DNA from: Campylobacterota bacterium
GTDB lineage: Bacteria > Campylobacterota > Campylobacteria > Campylobacterales > Sulfurimonadaceae
Length of the DNA stretch: 27,666 bases
Direction of reading: 5' to 3'
Assembly: GCA_034661055.1 (NCBI GenBank)
Contig: JAYEKO010000002.1
Location: 1 to 27,666, forward strand
In this document: positions 9,212-17,533 of the stretch, one piece after another
How positions within the stretch are numbered: the stretch's first letter is position 1
Layout: the number at the start of each line of letters is the position of its first letter
Position numbers and translations under genes: made by a program
The notes under the pieces: model-generated
The model's input: the letters and a program-made list of their open reading frames with translations, nothing else
What the model was told of the DNA's origin: nothing
Database searches by the model: none

Positions 9212-9939
9212 AACGCTATGCCTATTAAAATTACATGTAAAAGTAGTAGCTCAGTAGTCTCAATAACAAAACCGTACCCATCGCCATTTAACGCTCCGAA
9301 CTTTTTAACAAGCCATTTTGAGACAATCCATACATATAAAAGTGAAATAAAGATGATGATGAGACTGTTTTGAAACAGCAGTGCCCCTAGTGCAATAAAT
9401 AGAGTGCTCACTACAAATTGTCTATTTGTAAACTCCTCTTTCGCAAGACTTGCCATACCACTACCTTTTCCATACTCAAAAAAGTGCAGGGCAATGGTGG
9501 CATTGTAGCGTGCAAGCATCATAATGAAAGGTAGGGTGTACAGTGTGTCAAGATGCCAGAGTGCAGAGGCTTTTAATAGTAAAAAAATAACACTAAAATG
9601 TAACCCCATTGCTCCGATATTTGGATCTTTACGTACTGCTTCTCTCTTTATTTTAGAGACAAAGAGCGCATCAATTGTGTCACTAAAACCATCTAAGTGC
9701 AGTGCTCCAGTTACACCAACCCATAGCGCTAAAACCAAAAGTGAACTATGCGTTGCTCCAAAAAAAGGCTCAAACACAATAGAGGCTAGAAGTAAAATAG
9801 TCCCTAAAGTAAGACCTACAACAGGGTAAAACATCACAGCATAACCGTTAATGCCTTTAAAAAAAGAGTGTACATGTAAAAAAGGGAGCGTGCTTAGCAT
9901 GGAGAATGCCAAAACAAGACCTTTAGTGATTGAACTCAT
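9208..9939 (-). CDS. cobS: Cobalamin 5'-phosphate synthase
   Basis: TGALHLDGFSDTIDA, KDPNIGAMG and GALNGDGYG motifs. Multi-TM protein. Confidence 0.93.
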   Translation of the reverse strand: MSSITKGLVLAFSMLSTLPFLHVHSFFKGINGYAVMFYPVVGLTLGTILLLASIVFEPFFGATHSSLLVLALWVGVTGALHLDGFSDTIDALFVSKIKREAVRKDPNIGAMGLHFSVIFLLLKASALWHLDTLYTLPFIMMLARYNATIALHFFEYGKGSGMASLAKEEFTNRQFVVSTLFIALGALLFQNSLIIIFISLLYVWIVSKWLVKKFGALNGDGYGFVIETTELLLLHVILIGIAL

Positions 9940-10424
9940 TTTATCTGCTGCTTTAATCCTGCAATGCAGTGATAGACTTCATCGCAATTTTGAGCAATTT
10001 TTTGAGAAACTATTCCCGAAATATCAATAAATTTACGGGCTAGTGCATTGGTTGGAATGATGCCTGTTCCGACATCATTAAGCACAAAGATCATATCTGT
10101 CTTAAGAGAGAGTATCTTGTGTAGTTCTGGTAAGATTTCTGCTTCTCTATTATGATAAAACATATTGTTAATCCAGAGTGTTATACACTCTATTAAAACA
10201 GGACGTTTCTGCTGTTTTAGTGTCTCATAAAGCTTGAGAGGCTCTTCAATAGTGGTAAACTTAGTTGATCGCTGCTGCTGATGCTGATCAATACGCTCTT
10301 TCATCTCCTCATCAAAAGCATCTGTTGTCGCAAGATAGATCAGTTCACTGCCAAGTGTAAGAGAAAAGATTTCTGCATGATGTGATTTTCCGCTTTTGAT
10401 ACCACCAATAAAGAGTGTTTTCAT
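9936..10424 (-). CDS. cobU: Adenosylcobinamide kinase / cobinamide-phosphate guanylyltransferase
   Basis: GGIKSGKS, YLAT, EMKERIDQH, TIEEP, ECITLWINN and NDVGTGIIP motifs. Confidence 0.93.
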   Translation of the reverse strand: MKTLFIGGIKSGKSHHAEIFSLTLGSELIYLATTDAFDEEMKERIDQHQQQRSTKFTTIEEPLKLYETLKQQKRPVLIECITLWINNMFYHNREAEILPELHKILSLKTDMIFVLNDVGTGIIPTNALARKFIDISGIVSQKIAQNCDEVYHCIAGLKQQIK

Positions 10425-11482
10425 GAGAGCATACTTCCCATAATAGTCTCAACACTGTTAGTAATCTCCTGTTCACTAAAACCATTAGCAAAGAGGTAAG
10501 CAATTGCAGCTCCTGCACCGACACCCTCTTTTGCTTCACCATCATCATAACTCTTTAAAACAGATATGTTAGCGTGGGTAAAGTGAAAATCTGCATAATA
10601 GGACTCTACAGGGGTAGAAAGTTGATTTAAAAGTCCTAAAATATTGGAGTTCTCATCTTCAACTACCCAGGCTGTAGTGCAGAGGCTTATATTGGCACTT
10701 TTAAAACCTATTTTAAGTTCTAAAGCTAGTTTTTGTGCAGTAAGAAGTACCGCTGCCATCTGCGTACCTCCTGCTAAAATAACTCTATAATGCTGTGTTG
10801 CTTCTAAGATGAATCCGGCACAAAAAATTAGCATATTATCAGCAACAGCTGATAGTTTTTCAAAGCTGCTCATAGAGTTGTCTATGTGGGAGAGTGCTTG
10901 TGCAATATGCTTTTCTTTAACAGAAGTGGGAGCATCTTTGAATGATGAAGCAAACATTCCATCACTATTAAATCCAAGGGCTTTAATAGTTGCATTGGCG
11001 GTGGTGGTTCCTGAAGGAGTGCTTTCGCCTAATATAAGCGTACCACTTTTAGGTGTATAGTTCTTAGCGGCATCAACTCCTTTAAAAAAGATGCATCGTG
11101 AATTAATCTGTGCATGTGACGCAATACTGTTAGATGGGCTTATTTCAAAGTCAATAACTTCGCAATTTTTTGGACGACTTTGCAGTCCAAGATCTAAAAT
11201 TTTCATAGAACTAAAAGGCTTTAAAACCTGAGCTGTGCGAGTTAATAGAGCAGGAGTGGGAACACCTTTTGGGGTAGATGCCAGCTGTGGCAGTGAGCAT
11301 ACAGTCCCTTTAGTAATGAGTTCTGCATCAAGTGTTGGTGTTAGCGGAATCATTCCCTCAATTCCTGCTTGGGTAATTTTGGGAATATTACATGTATAAG
11401 TTACCGAAGCTGCCAATAAAAAGTCAGCTTCAGTGGCAAAGTCGGTGATTTGAGTATTATCTTTAATACGACGAATTAGCAT
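10421..11482 (-). CDS. cobT: Nicotinate-nucleotide-dependent phosphoribosyltransferase, archaeal/cyanobacterial-type CobT
   Basis: TPTLDAE, PTPALLTR, GESTPSGTTTA, LAGGTQMAAV and KEGVGAG motifs. Located upstream of cobU-cobS-cobC. Confidence 0.82.
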   Translation of the reverse strand: MLIRRIKDNTQITDFATEADFLLAASVTYTCNIPKITQAGIEGMIPLTPTLDAELITKGTVCSLPQLASTPKGVPTPALLTRTAQVLKPFSSMKILDLGLQSRPKNCEVIDFEISPSNSIASHAQINSRCIFFKGVDAAKNYTPKSGTLILGESTPSGTTTANATIKALGFNSDGMFASSFKDAPTSVKEKHIAQALSHIDNSMSSFEKLSAVADNMLIFCAGFILEATQHYRVILAGGTQMAAVLLTAQKLALELKIGFKSANISLCTTAWVVEDENSNILGLLNQLSTPVESYYADFHFTHANISVLKSYDDGEAKEGVGAGAAIAYLFANGFSEQEITNSVETIMGSMLS

Positions 11483-11489
11483 AGTTTTC

Positions 11490-13415
11490 CTAAAACTTAA
11501 TTTTCATTCCAGCGATGGCAGATAGGCTAAAATTAACAGGGTATATGGTGTCATCTTGAATCCAGAGGCCATTACTTTGGTCAAATAGATTGTTGATTTT
11601 AGCAAAAAATTCATAAGAGGACTTTGTGTATGTTGCAGAAATGTCGGTTGAACGTGTGGCCTCTTGTTTTTGGGTAAAGTTATTGTTAAAATCGTTAGCG
11701 GCATAGGCATCTGAGCGGTAAGTATGCATTAAAGAGAAAGTTAATGAAGCTGTGGGTAGGTAACTTAACATAATTTTTGCACTATGGTTAGGTACGCCAG
11801 GAAGTTCATTTCCATCATAGTTTTCGCCATTTTGCTCCTCTTCATCGATAACGGCTTTGACATAGTTATAGTTAAGACTTACATGAAACTCTGGAGTAAC
11901 TAAAAACTTATCGTAAAGGTCAAAACCATACTTATGTGACGAATCTATATTTGTATTTACAGAATTGACATAGGTCGGATCAGCATAATAGTAGATTTCA
12001 TTATCTAGACTGACATAGTATGCTGAGACCTTAAACTTATTGCTTGCGCTGATATGGTTATAGCCAAAAGTAATACTATCTGATGTCATCGGGTCAATAA
12101 ACCCATTGAATGTTCCACCACTGCTAAAAAATCGATCAATATCGGGCGCTTGATAGGCGTGTGCGTAGTTTACAAAGATGGATTTGTGCACATCAAGTTG
12201 GTAGTTGTAACCGACTTCAACCCCATTTAGTGAACTGTCATCTTCTAAATCTTGTAGGCTGTCATTGTAGCTGTAAGTGACATTTTCAAAACGGTACCCT
12301 GCTTTAAGAGTGTGGTTATTGAGATTAAAGTAGCTCATAAGATATGCTGCAGCACTTTTCTTGCCGGTTTTATTGCCATATCCATCACGTTTGCCATCAA
12401 AACCATCTATCCCAAAAGTGAGTAACATGGTACTGCTTTCATAGTCTAAACTACTTCTAATAGAGTTGTAGTCATATTCTGAAATAGAAGCATAGGTAAT
12501 ATAGTTAGAAGTTTTGTCTTCATGAGATGCCCAGAGGTTAAAAACAGACTGCTCATTAATATTGTAAGCGAGTGCTAGGTCATAAACGTTGCTATCAAAC
12601 TTCTGTTGTGATGCTCCCCAGTTAGTTTCTCCTGCTTGTGTCGGATTGTCTCTGTATTCATATAGTGTCAAAAAACTAGCGTAGGTGGTATCAACGCGAG
12701 AGGTTAGAAAGCCTGCTGAAACTTCAATAGCATCGCCAGGTGTTAAAGAGAGGTTGATGGCTCCATTTTTAAGGTCATGCTCATCAGTATTGCCAACTGA
12801 ATCAATGTTTCGTTGTCCATTGGTGCTGTATAGCTCTCCTTGAGCTGTAATACTATAGAGGTCGTCACTATGACCAAGATAGAATGAGCCGTCATATGTT
12901 CCATGGTTTCCTGCGTACAGTGCCAGCTCTTTATCACTACTTTGTTTAGTTGTAATGTTAATGACACCGGCATTGGCACCATCACCACCTGTGACAATAC
13001 CGCTAGATTTAATAATCTCTATTCTACTAATGGATGTTGGTGAAATGGAAGCGAGTAGTTGCGGTACCATATCTACATTATTCATACGACGGCCATTTAG
13101 TGTAATGACAATATTTTGATACCCATCACCAATACCGTAGCCGTGCATATCGATTTTTTGAGAAAATGGGTTGCCATATGATGGTGTTGTAAAAACTGAT
13201 GTCTGAGAATTTAAAAATTCATATACGTTTTGAACATGAGCTGCCTCAATATCTTTTTGTGTATATATCTCAACTGCATCTGTAGCACTAAGCTCATTTT
13301 GTTGCAGTGGTGTTGAAGTTACTTCAAGGGGCTTAAGAGTATAGGTTGCAGCAAATAATTGAGTTGACAACAGCAGTGCTATTGCTGATGGTGATAATAA
13401 AAGTCTATGGTTCAT
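11490..13415 (-). CDS. btuB: TonB-dependent outer membrane receptor, probably BtuB-like corrinoid receptor
   Basis: The real start is ATG 13415 (AAGGA RBS, signal peptide MNHRLLL). Plug motifs LNGRR and RIEIIK...GANAGVINITTK, INNLFD, and a C-terminal Phe. Heads the cobT-btuC operon. Confidence 0.85.
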   Translation of the reverse strand: MNHRLLLSPSAIALLLSTQLFAATYTLKPLEVTSTPLQQNELSATDAVEIYTQKDIEAAHVQNVYEFLNSQTSVFTTPSYGNPFSQKIDMHGYGIGDGYQNIVITLNGRRMNNVDMVPQLLASISPTSISRIEIIKSSGIVTGGDGANAGVINITTKQSSDKELALYAGNHGTYDGSFYLGHSDDLYSITAQGELYSTNGQRNIDSVGNTDEHDLKNGAINLSLTPGDAIEVSAGFLTSRVDTTYASFLTLYEYRDNPTQAGETNWGASQQKFDSNVYDLALAYNINEQSVFNLWASHEDKTSNYITYASISEYDYNSIRSSLDYESSTMLLTFGIDGFDGKRDGYGNKTGKKSAAAYLMSYFNLNNHTLKAGYRFENVTYSYNDSLQDLEDDSSLNGVEVGYNYQLDVHKSIFVNYAHAYQAPDIDRFFSSGGTFNGFIDPMTSDSITFGYNHISASNKFKVSAYYVSLDNEIYYYADPTYVNSVNTNIDSSHKYGFDLYDKFLVTPEFHVSLNYNYVKAVIDEEEQNGENYDGNELPGVPNHSAKIMLSYLPTASLTFSLMHTYRSDAYAANDFNNNFTQKQEATRSTDISATYTKSSYEFFAKINNLFDQSNGLWIQDDTIYPVNFSLSAIAGMKIKF

Positions 13416-13434
13416 AGAGATCCTTTTTATTTTT

Positions 13435-13785
13435 TTAAGCGTACATGTAAATTGAGCTGAGTCTATTTGTAGGTGGAGCGTTAGGAAGCTTCGGTGCTTG
13501 AATAATATTAAAGGAGTGTCTCGGTAGAGGATAGGTCTTAATTTTACAGTGAGTTTGCGCTGTAGATATACAGCTACAGTGCGAGCCGTTTGAGAGTTGT
13601 TCAAGAGAGCTTTCTAGGAGTAAGAACTCTTCCTCTTCTAAAGATTCATCTCGCTCATCTTCTTGCGAAAAAACAAGGTGCTGAGACTCTATTTTAGTAG
13701 TAATGCGAGATATGGTTACATGAACACTGTGTGCTTGAATGGCAGCAAGTGTAAAGTATTTTTTTCCAAAACCTTTTGGTTGCAT
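13435..13785 (-). CDS. Small upstream ORF (116 aa) with HCSC and C-terminal NAPP; candidate leader peptide
   Basis: AAAGG RBS 9 nt before ATG 13785 and an extended -10 just upstream. It fills the whole leader and stops 19 nt before the receptor ATG. Confidence 0.6.
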   Translation of the reverse strand: MQPKGFGKKYFTLAAIQAHSVHVTISRITTKIESQHLVFSQEDERDESLEEEEFLLLESSLEQLSNGSHCSCISTAQTHCKIKTYPLPRHSFNIIQAPKLPNAPPTNRLSSIYMYA

Positions 13786-13813
13786 TATCACATACCTTTA
13801 AAATATTTTTGAA

Positions 13814-13822
13814 ATTATAGCA
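13814..13822 (-). promoter_or_regulatory. Extended -10 promoter (TGcTATAAT) of the uORF-btuB-cob-btu operon
   Basis: ATTATAGCA on + is TGCTATAAT on -. Confidence 0.65.
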
Positions 13823-13889
13823 AAAATATGATAGGTATCAATATTTACATGTAAATGACACGATATACTTCTTTTAAAAAGGAGTTCCT

Positions 13890-14306
13890 ATTTTATATGC
13901 TACCATTCACATCATTCACCTGCTTTCAGCGTTTACTTATGGTGGATTCTTATTTGTCGATATGTTTTTTCTCTCAAAAATGCCTCAAACATTAGATGCC
14001 GATGAGCATGCTAAAGCCAGAGAAGCTATTATGATGCATGTACGAAAAGTGGTTCCATGGGCTCTATTGGTTGCTGTTGGTACTGGAATCTATATGATAG
14101 GAACAGTTTTTGGACCCGTTAGCCAAGATGGTTTAAGTAGTTTTCAAATAGTGCTGTTGCTCAAAGCGTTTTTAGGATTATGGTTAGGAGTTCGTGGGTT
14201 TAATCAAAAATTCTTTAAAATTAACCCTTTTGTCTTTACTGGGCATACATTACCATTTGCATTTGTAGTTAGTATTATTATCTTGTCACAACTGATGTGG
14301 TTGTAG
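13890..14306 (+). CDS. Four-helix integral membrane protein (CopD-like / COG3399-like), apparent ATT start
   Basis: AAGGAG at 13879-13884 is followed 5 nt later by ATT. The frame is open as (M)LYATIHIIHLLSAFTYGGFLFVD into the 13962 ORF, with an in-frame TAA at 13875. Confidence 0.7.
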   Translation: MLYATIHIIHLLSAFTYGGFLFVDMFFLSKMPQTLDADEHAKAREAIMMHVRKVVPWALLVAVGTGIYMIGTVFGPVSQDGLSSFQIVLLLKAFLGLWLGVRGFNQKFFKINPFVFTGHTLPFAFVVSIIILSQLMWL

Positions 14307-14347
14307 TTTAAAAAGTTTTTGTGGGGTTTTAAAAGTTAGAGAGTAGT

Positions 14348-14364
14348 GCAGGCGTTAAGCCTGC
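14348..14364 (-). terminator. GC-rich hairpin after cspA, between convergent genes
   Basis: GCAGGC-GTTAA-GCCTGC, extendable by TAGTG/CACTA. There is no immediate U tract. Confidence 0.5.
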
Positions 14365-14374
14365 GAGACACTAA

Positions 14375-14593
14375 TTAAAGTGCAGTAACGTTTTCTGCTT
14401 GAGGGCCTTTTTGACCTTCACCAACTTCAAAAGTTACTTCCTGACCTTCTGCTAGAGAAACACGACCTGGACCTGTACTATTTACTTGGCGAAAGTGTAC
14501 AAATACGTCTTTGCCTCCGTTGTTCTGTTGGATAAATCCATAACCTTTTTCTTCGTTGAACCATTTAACAGTTCCATTTAGCAATTCTGCCAT
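14375..14593 (-). CDS. cspA: Cold-shock protein (CSD)
   Basis: [15 protein letters not shown] (RNP1), DVFVHF (RNP2) and KGPQAENV. Start is ATG 14593 with a GAGG RBS, giving 72 aa. Confidence 0.95.
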   Translation of the reverse strand: MAELLNGTVKWFNEEKGYGFIQQNNGGKDVFVHFRQVNSTGPGRVSLAEGQEVTFEVGEGQKGPQAENVTAL

Positions 14594-14714
14594 ATATATA
14601 CCTCTGTGGTGAAAATCTTTTAAAGACAACCTCGAGCAGTTATCTTTTAATGATGCCATTATAGCTGTTTTTTTTGATTTTGCGGTAAAAATTCAAGTTT
14701 TATGACAATTAAAG

Positions 14715-15140
14715 TCAATTTTGACACTTTTTCATTATTTTTTTCCAGTCATAGTCAAAATGTTTTGTGACATATTCTTTATTATGAGGAACAGTACATC
14801 CGGAGCAGTCTTGATGAATTGCATTGCCATATTTTACCTCTTTGCCATTGTTGGAGTTAATATTACAAAAACTAAATTTTGTCACTCTAGCTTCAGTTGA
14901 AAAGCCACTGTCATCAAAACGAAAATTGGGACAAGCGCATAGATAACAGTTAAGCTCTTTAATCTCATGACATTTTCTGTTTTGAGTATAAAGTTGGCAG
15001 AAACTCTTCTCATGTTCTACCATATTATTAAAATCAAAATAGTCGATTATCTGCGCCTGAGTGAACTCTTTAAGACGCAATTTTTTAATGATGTCAGCAT
15101 GTTTTTTGGCATGTTCATGAAACCAAGTGTTATAGCTCAT
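14715..15140 (-). CDS. Cysteine-rich hypothetical protein, probably metal-binding
   Basis: 141 aa with FCQLY...KCH...NCYLCACP...FCN...DCSGCTVPH. Confidence 0.75.
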   Translation of the reverse strand: MSYNTWFHEHAKKHADIIKKLRLKEFTQAQIIDYFDFNNMVEHEKSFCQLYTQNRKCHEIKELNCYLCACPNFRFDDSGFSTEARVTKFSFCNINSNNGKEVKYGNAIHQDCSGCTVPHNKEYVTKHFDYDWKKIMKKCQN

Positions 15141-15186
15141 GCGTCAGTATGCTACAATCACACTAAATAATGACTGAAAGACAGTA

Positions 15187-16515
15187 ATGAAACATTCACA
15201 CTTAAAACAGATTATTGCCTATATGCAGACATTTAAAAGAATTAATACCATACATAGAGTCTCTAACAGTATTATTAAAATAGAGTTTAGTAGAGATGAG
15301 ATACTCTATTTTGATATGCAGCGTGGTAACTCCTCTATTTTTACATGTAAAACCGATATTAAGCGCTCAAAAGTTTTTCAAGCACCTTTTGATGTTATTT
15401 TGGCAAAAAAACTAAATCGAAGCAGCATTGTTGGTATTACGATGCATAATGATGATAAAATTATGAGAATTGAGGTGAGTCTTAGTGGCTCATACAAGGC
15501 GTCATCGTGCATATTGCAGTTGGAGTTTACGGGTAAATATACTAATGCTATTGTTATTGATGAAGAGAGTGTTGTTATTGAAGCTCTTCGTCATATAGAT
15601 GAGAGTGTCTCAACAAGAAGTGTTAAAGTAGGTGAGATTTTAGAGGAGCCTCCAAAGCCAGATTTTAAACCTAAAGAGTATGCTTTAGATGACGTCAAAA
15701 GCTATCTTCTTGGTGTTTATTCACAAGACCAAGCTAGTAAATTAAAAATACTGCAAAAACAAAAAATCACACTGCTACATAAGCGTCTTTCGAAGCTACA
15801 GAAGCATTATGATCGTTTACAGAGCGAGAAAACACTGCAGGAGTTGGCAGATAAATATCGTCATATTGGGCATCTTATAGTAGCAAACTTACATAATATT
15901 AGAGCCTATGGTTTACATGTAGATTTAAATGACTATAATGGCTCTGTGATTCATGTGGAGCTACCTCGACCTTTTGCAACAGCAAACTCAATGAAAGAGT
16001 ACTATTTTAAACTGGCAAAAAAGACGATGCAGCGTGCATTAAATCTTCATATTGAAAAAGAAAATCTTGAGGGAAAAATTGAGTATTTTAAGCATTTTAT
16101 CAATACAGTAGAGACTGCTGATACCATCGAGTCTATTAAGCTTCTGTTCCCTCAAAAACTAAAAAAGAGCAAAGAACACCGTAGCGATATGGTTGAAATA
16201 TTTTTTATAGAGGGCTACAAAGTACTTCTTGGTAAAAATGAACGAGGTAATATTGAACTACTTCAAAATGCCAAAGCGCGTGATATCTGGATTCATCTAA
16301 AAGACCGTCCATCAGCACATGTTTTAATTGTGACCGATAAGCAAAATATTCCAGAATCTGTCATTATGAGTGCTGCTGAGATCTGTGTAAATTTCTCTGT
16401 ATTTGAGAAAGGGAGCTATTTGGTCGATTATACTCCAAGACGTGAAGTTAAAATTCAAGACGGGGCTAATGTGCTGTATTATAACTACAGTACATTGAGT
16501 GTCACAAAAGGATAA
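15187..16515 (+). CDS. rqcH: NFACT family ribosome quality control protein (RqcH/FbpA-like)
   Basis: LEFTGKYTNAIVID, a coiled-coil middle, YFKLAKK, and NFACT-R GKNERGN...DIWIHLKDRPSAHV. TGcTACAAT promoter at 15150-15158. Confidence 0.85.
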   Translation: MKHSHLKQIIAYMQTFKRINTIHRVSNSIIKIEFSRDEILYFDMQRGNSSIFTCKTDIKRSKVFQAPFDVILAKKLNRSSIVGITMHNDDKIMRIEVSLSGSYKASSCILQLEFTGKYTNAIVIDEESVVIEALRHIDESVSTRSVKVGEILEEPPKPDFKPKEYALDDVKSYLLGVYSQDQASKLKILQKQKITLLHKRLSKLQKHYDRLQSEKTLQELADKYRHIGHLIVANLHNIRAYGLHVDLNDYNGSVIHVELPRPFATANSMKEYYFKLAKKTMQRALNLHIEKENLEGKIEYFKHFINTVETADTIESIKLLFPQKLKKSKEHRSDMVEIFFIEGYKVLLGKNERGNIELLQNAKARDIWIHLKDRPSAHVLIVTDKQNIPESVIMSAAEICVNFSVFEKGSYLVDYTPRREVKIQDGANVLYYNYSTLSVTKG

Positions 16516-16518
16516 ATT

Positions 16519-16821
16519 ATGGCATCAGTAGGGGCATTAGGAAGTACCATTCACACTAATCAGCTTACTGCTGCAGTAGCTAGCGAGAAGACGGCACTTC
16601 AAAATAAGTTTGAACTTCAAAATATGGCAGCGGCTAACGCTTCTAACGAAAGCAAAAAAGAGATAGAAGAGATTCGTCCTACAGAAGAGAATCATATGGT
16701 AGATGAGGACCGTGAACATACGAATCAACACGCTAAAGAAGAGAATCCAAAAGAGAAACCAGAAGATGAAGGTGAAGAGGAGGCAGCTGCTCCATTACAC
16801 CGATTAGATATTAAAGTCTAA
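16519..16821 (+). CDS. Small acidic/coiled-coil hypothetical protein
   Basis: AAGGA RBS, 100 aa, ends HRLDIKV. The position after the NFACT gene matches the Campylobacterota gene order. Confidence 0.75.
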   Translation: MASVGALGSTIHTNQLTAAVASEKTALQNKFELQNMAAANASNESKKEIEEIRPTEENHMVDEDREHTNQHAKEENPKEKPEDEGEEEAAAPLHRLDIKV

Positions 16822-17409
16822 CTATTTAGCAATCACTTTTGCTTTTAATGATTTAAACTCAGCCTCGGTAATAATCCCTCTCTCTTTCATCTCGTAGAGT
16901 TTTGTAATCTCATCACTTGGTGCAAGAGGAGACGCTACCTCAGTATCTTTTTTCTCAACGAGTTTAGACTCTTTAGGATCTTCTTCAAACATTGAACCGC
17001 TAAGTCCTGTTTTTGCAATTTGTGTCAATGCTTGAGGCTCTTGAACTGCTTTTAGGGTAAAGTCGTCCCCTTCAATAGGTGTTATTCTTATGAAATAGTC
17101 TTTTTCATTATCTAAGTCCATAGTAAGTTCGTGCTCAATAATACCATTAGAGATAGCACTAATGGTAACATCTCCCTCTCTAATATGAAAGGGAAAATAC
17201 TCATTTGTTTTTAATTGGCGATGTGAATATTTTCCATCAACATAGATTTTGTATTTGTTATCATCCACTCCAAGTTTAGAAGCTCTGTAAATATATACGG
17301 TTGCTGTCCCCTCAATAGCTTTTTCTTTGTGAAAAGGTTGTTTTAGTGAACACCCGCTTGTGAACATAAGTGTAGTGATCAAAAGAGTAGTAGTTAAAAT
17401 ATTTTTCAT
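16822..17409 (-). CDS. Lipoprotein with DUF2846-like domain and C-terminal SHOCT domain
   Basis: Start ATG 17409 (AAGGAAG RBS), lipobox TSG-C, ATVYIYR...IYVDG, and a C-terminal LYEMKERGIITEAEFKSLKAKVI. Confidence 0.8.
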   Translation of the reverse strand: MKNILTTTLLITTLMFTSGCSLKQPFHKEKAIEGTATVYIYRASKLGVDDNKYKIYVDGKYSHRQLKTNEYFPFHIREGDVTISAISNGIIEHELTMDLDNEKDYFIRITPIEGDDFTLKAVQEPQALTQIAKTGLSGSMFEEDPKESKLVEKKDTEVASPLAPSDEITKLYEMKERGIITEAEFKSLKAKVIAK

Positions 17410-17533
17410 TGACTTCCTTTGTATTTGTAAGTACCCTAGAGGGTATTGTTTTGTTTGAGCCATTATAGCCAATATTTATTCCTATTTTTGTTTTTAAGAG
17501 TATAATTTTAAAAATAGAAAATTTGGGGTTTTT

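Noticed and set aside
13416..13604. 63-aa N-terminal extension of the TonB receptor in the ORF track
   Set aside because: The RBS and signal peptide mark ATG 13415. The extensions of btuD, cspA, recA, mtnK and the 16822 lipoprotein were trimmed on similar start-codon evidence.
13788..13793. ATG-TGA start-stop element at the uORF start
   Set aside because: It is only 1 nt from the SD-like AAAGG, too close for initiation, and easily arises by chance.
13416..13810. Cobalamin riboswitch upstream of btuB (minus-strand fragments ACGGCTCGCACTGTA and AAGACCT resemble pieces of it)
   Set aside because: There is no GGGAA/P5 T-loop or full B12-box, and the region is an open frame with an RBS. An Infernal search is needed to exclude it formally.
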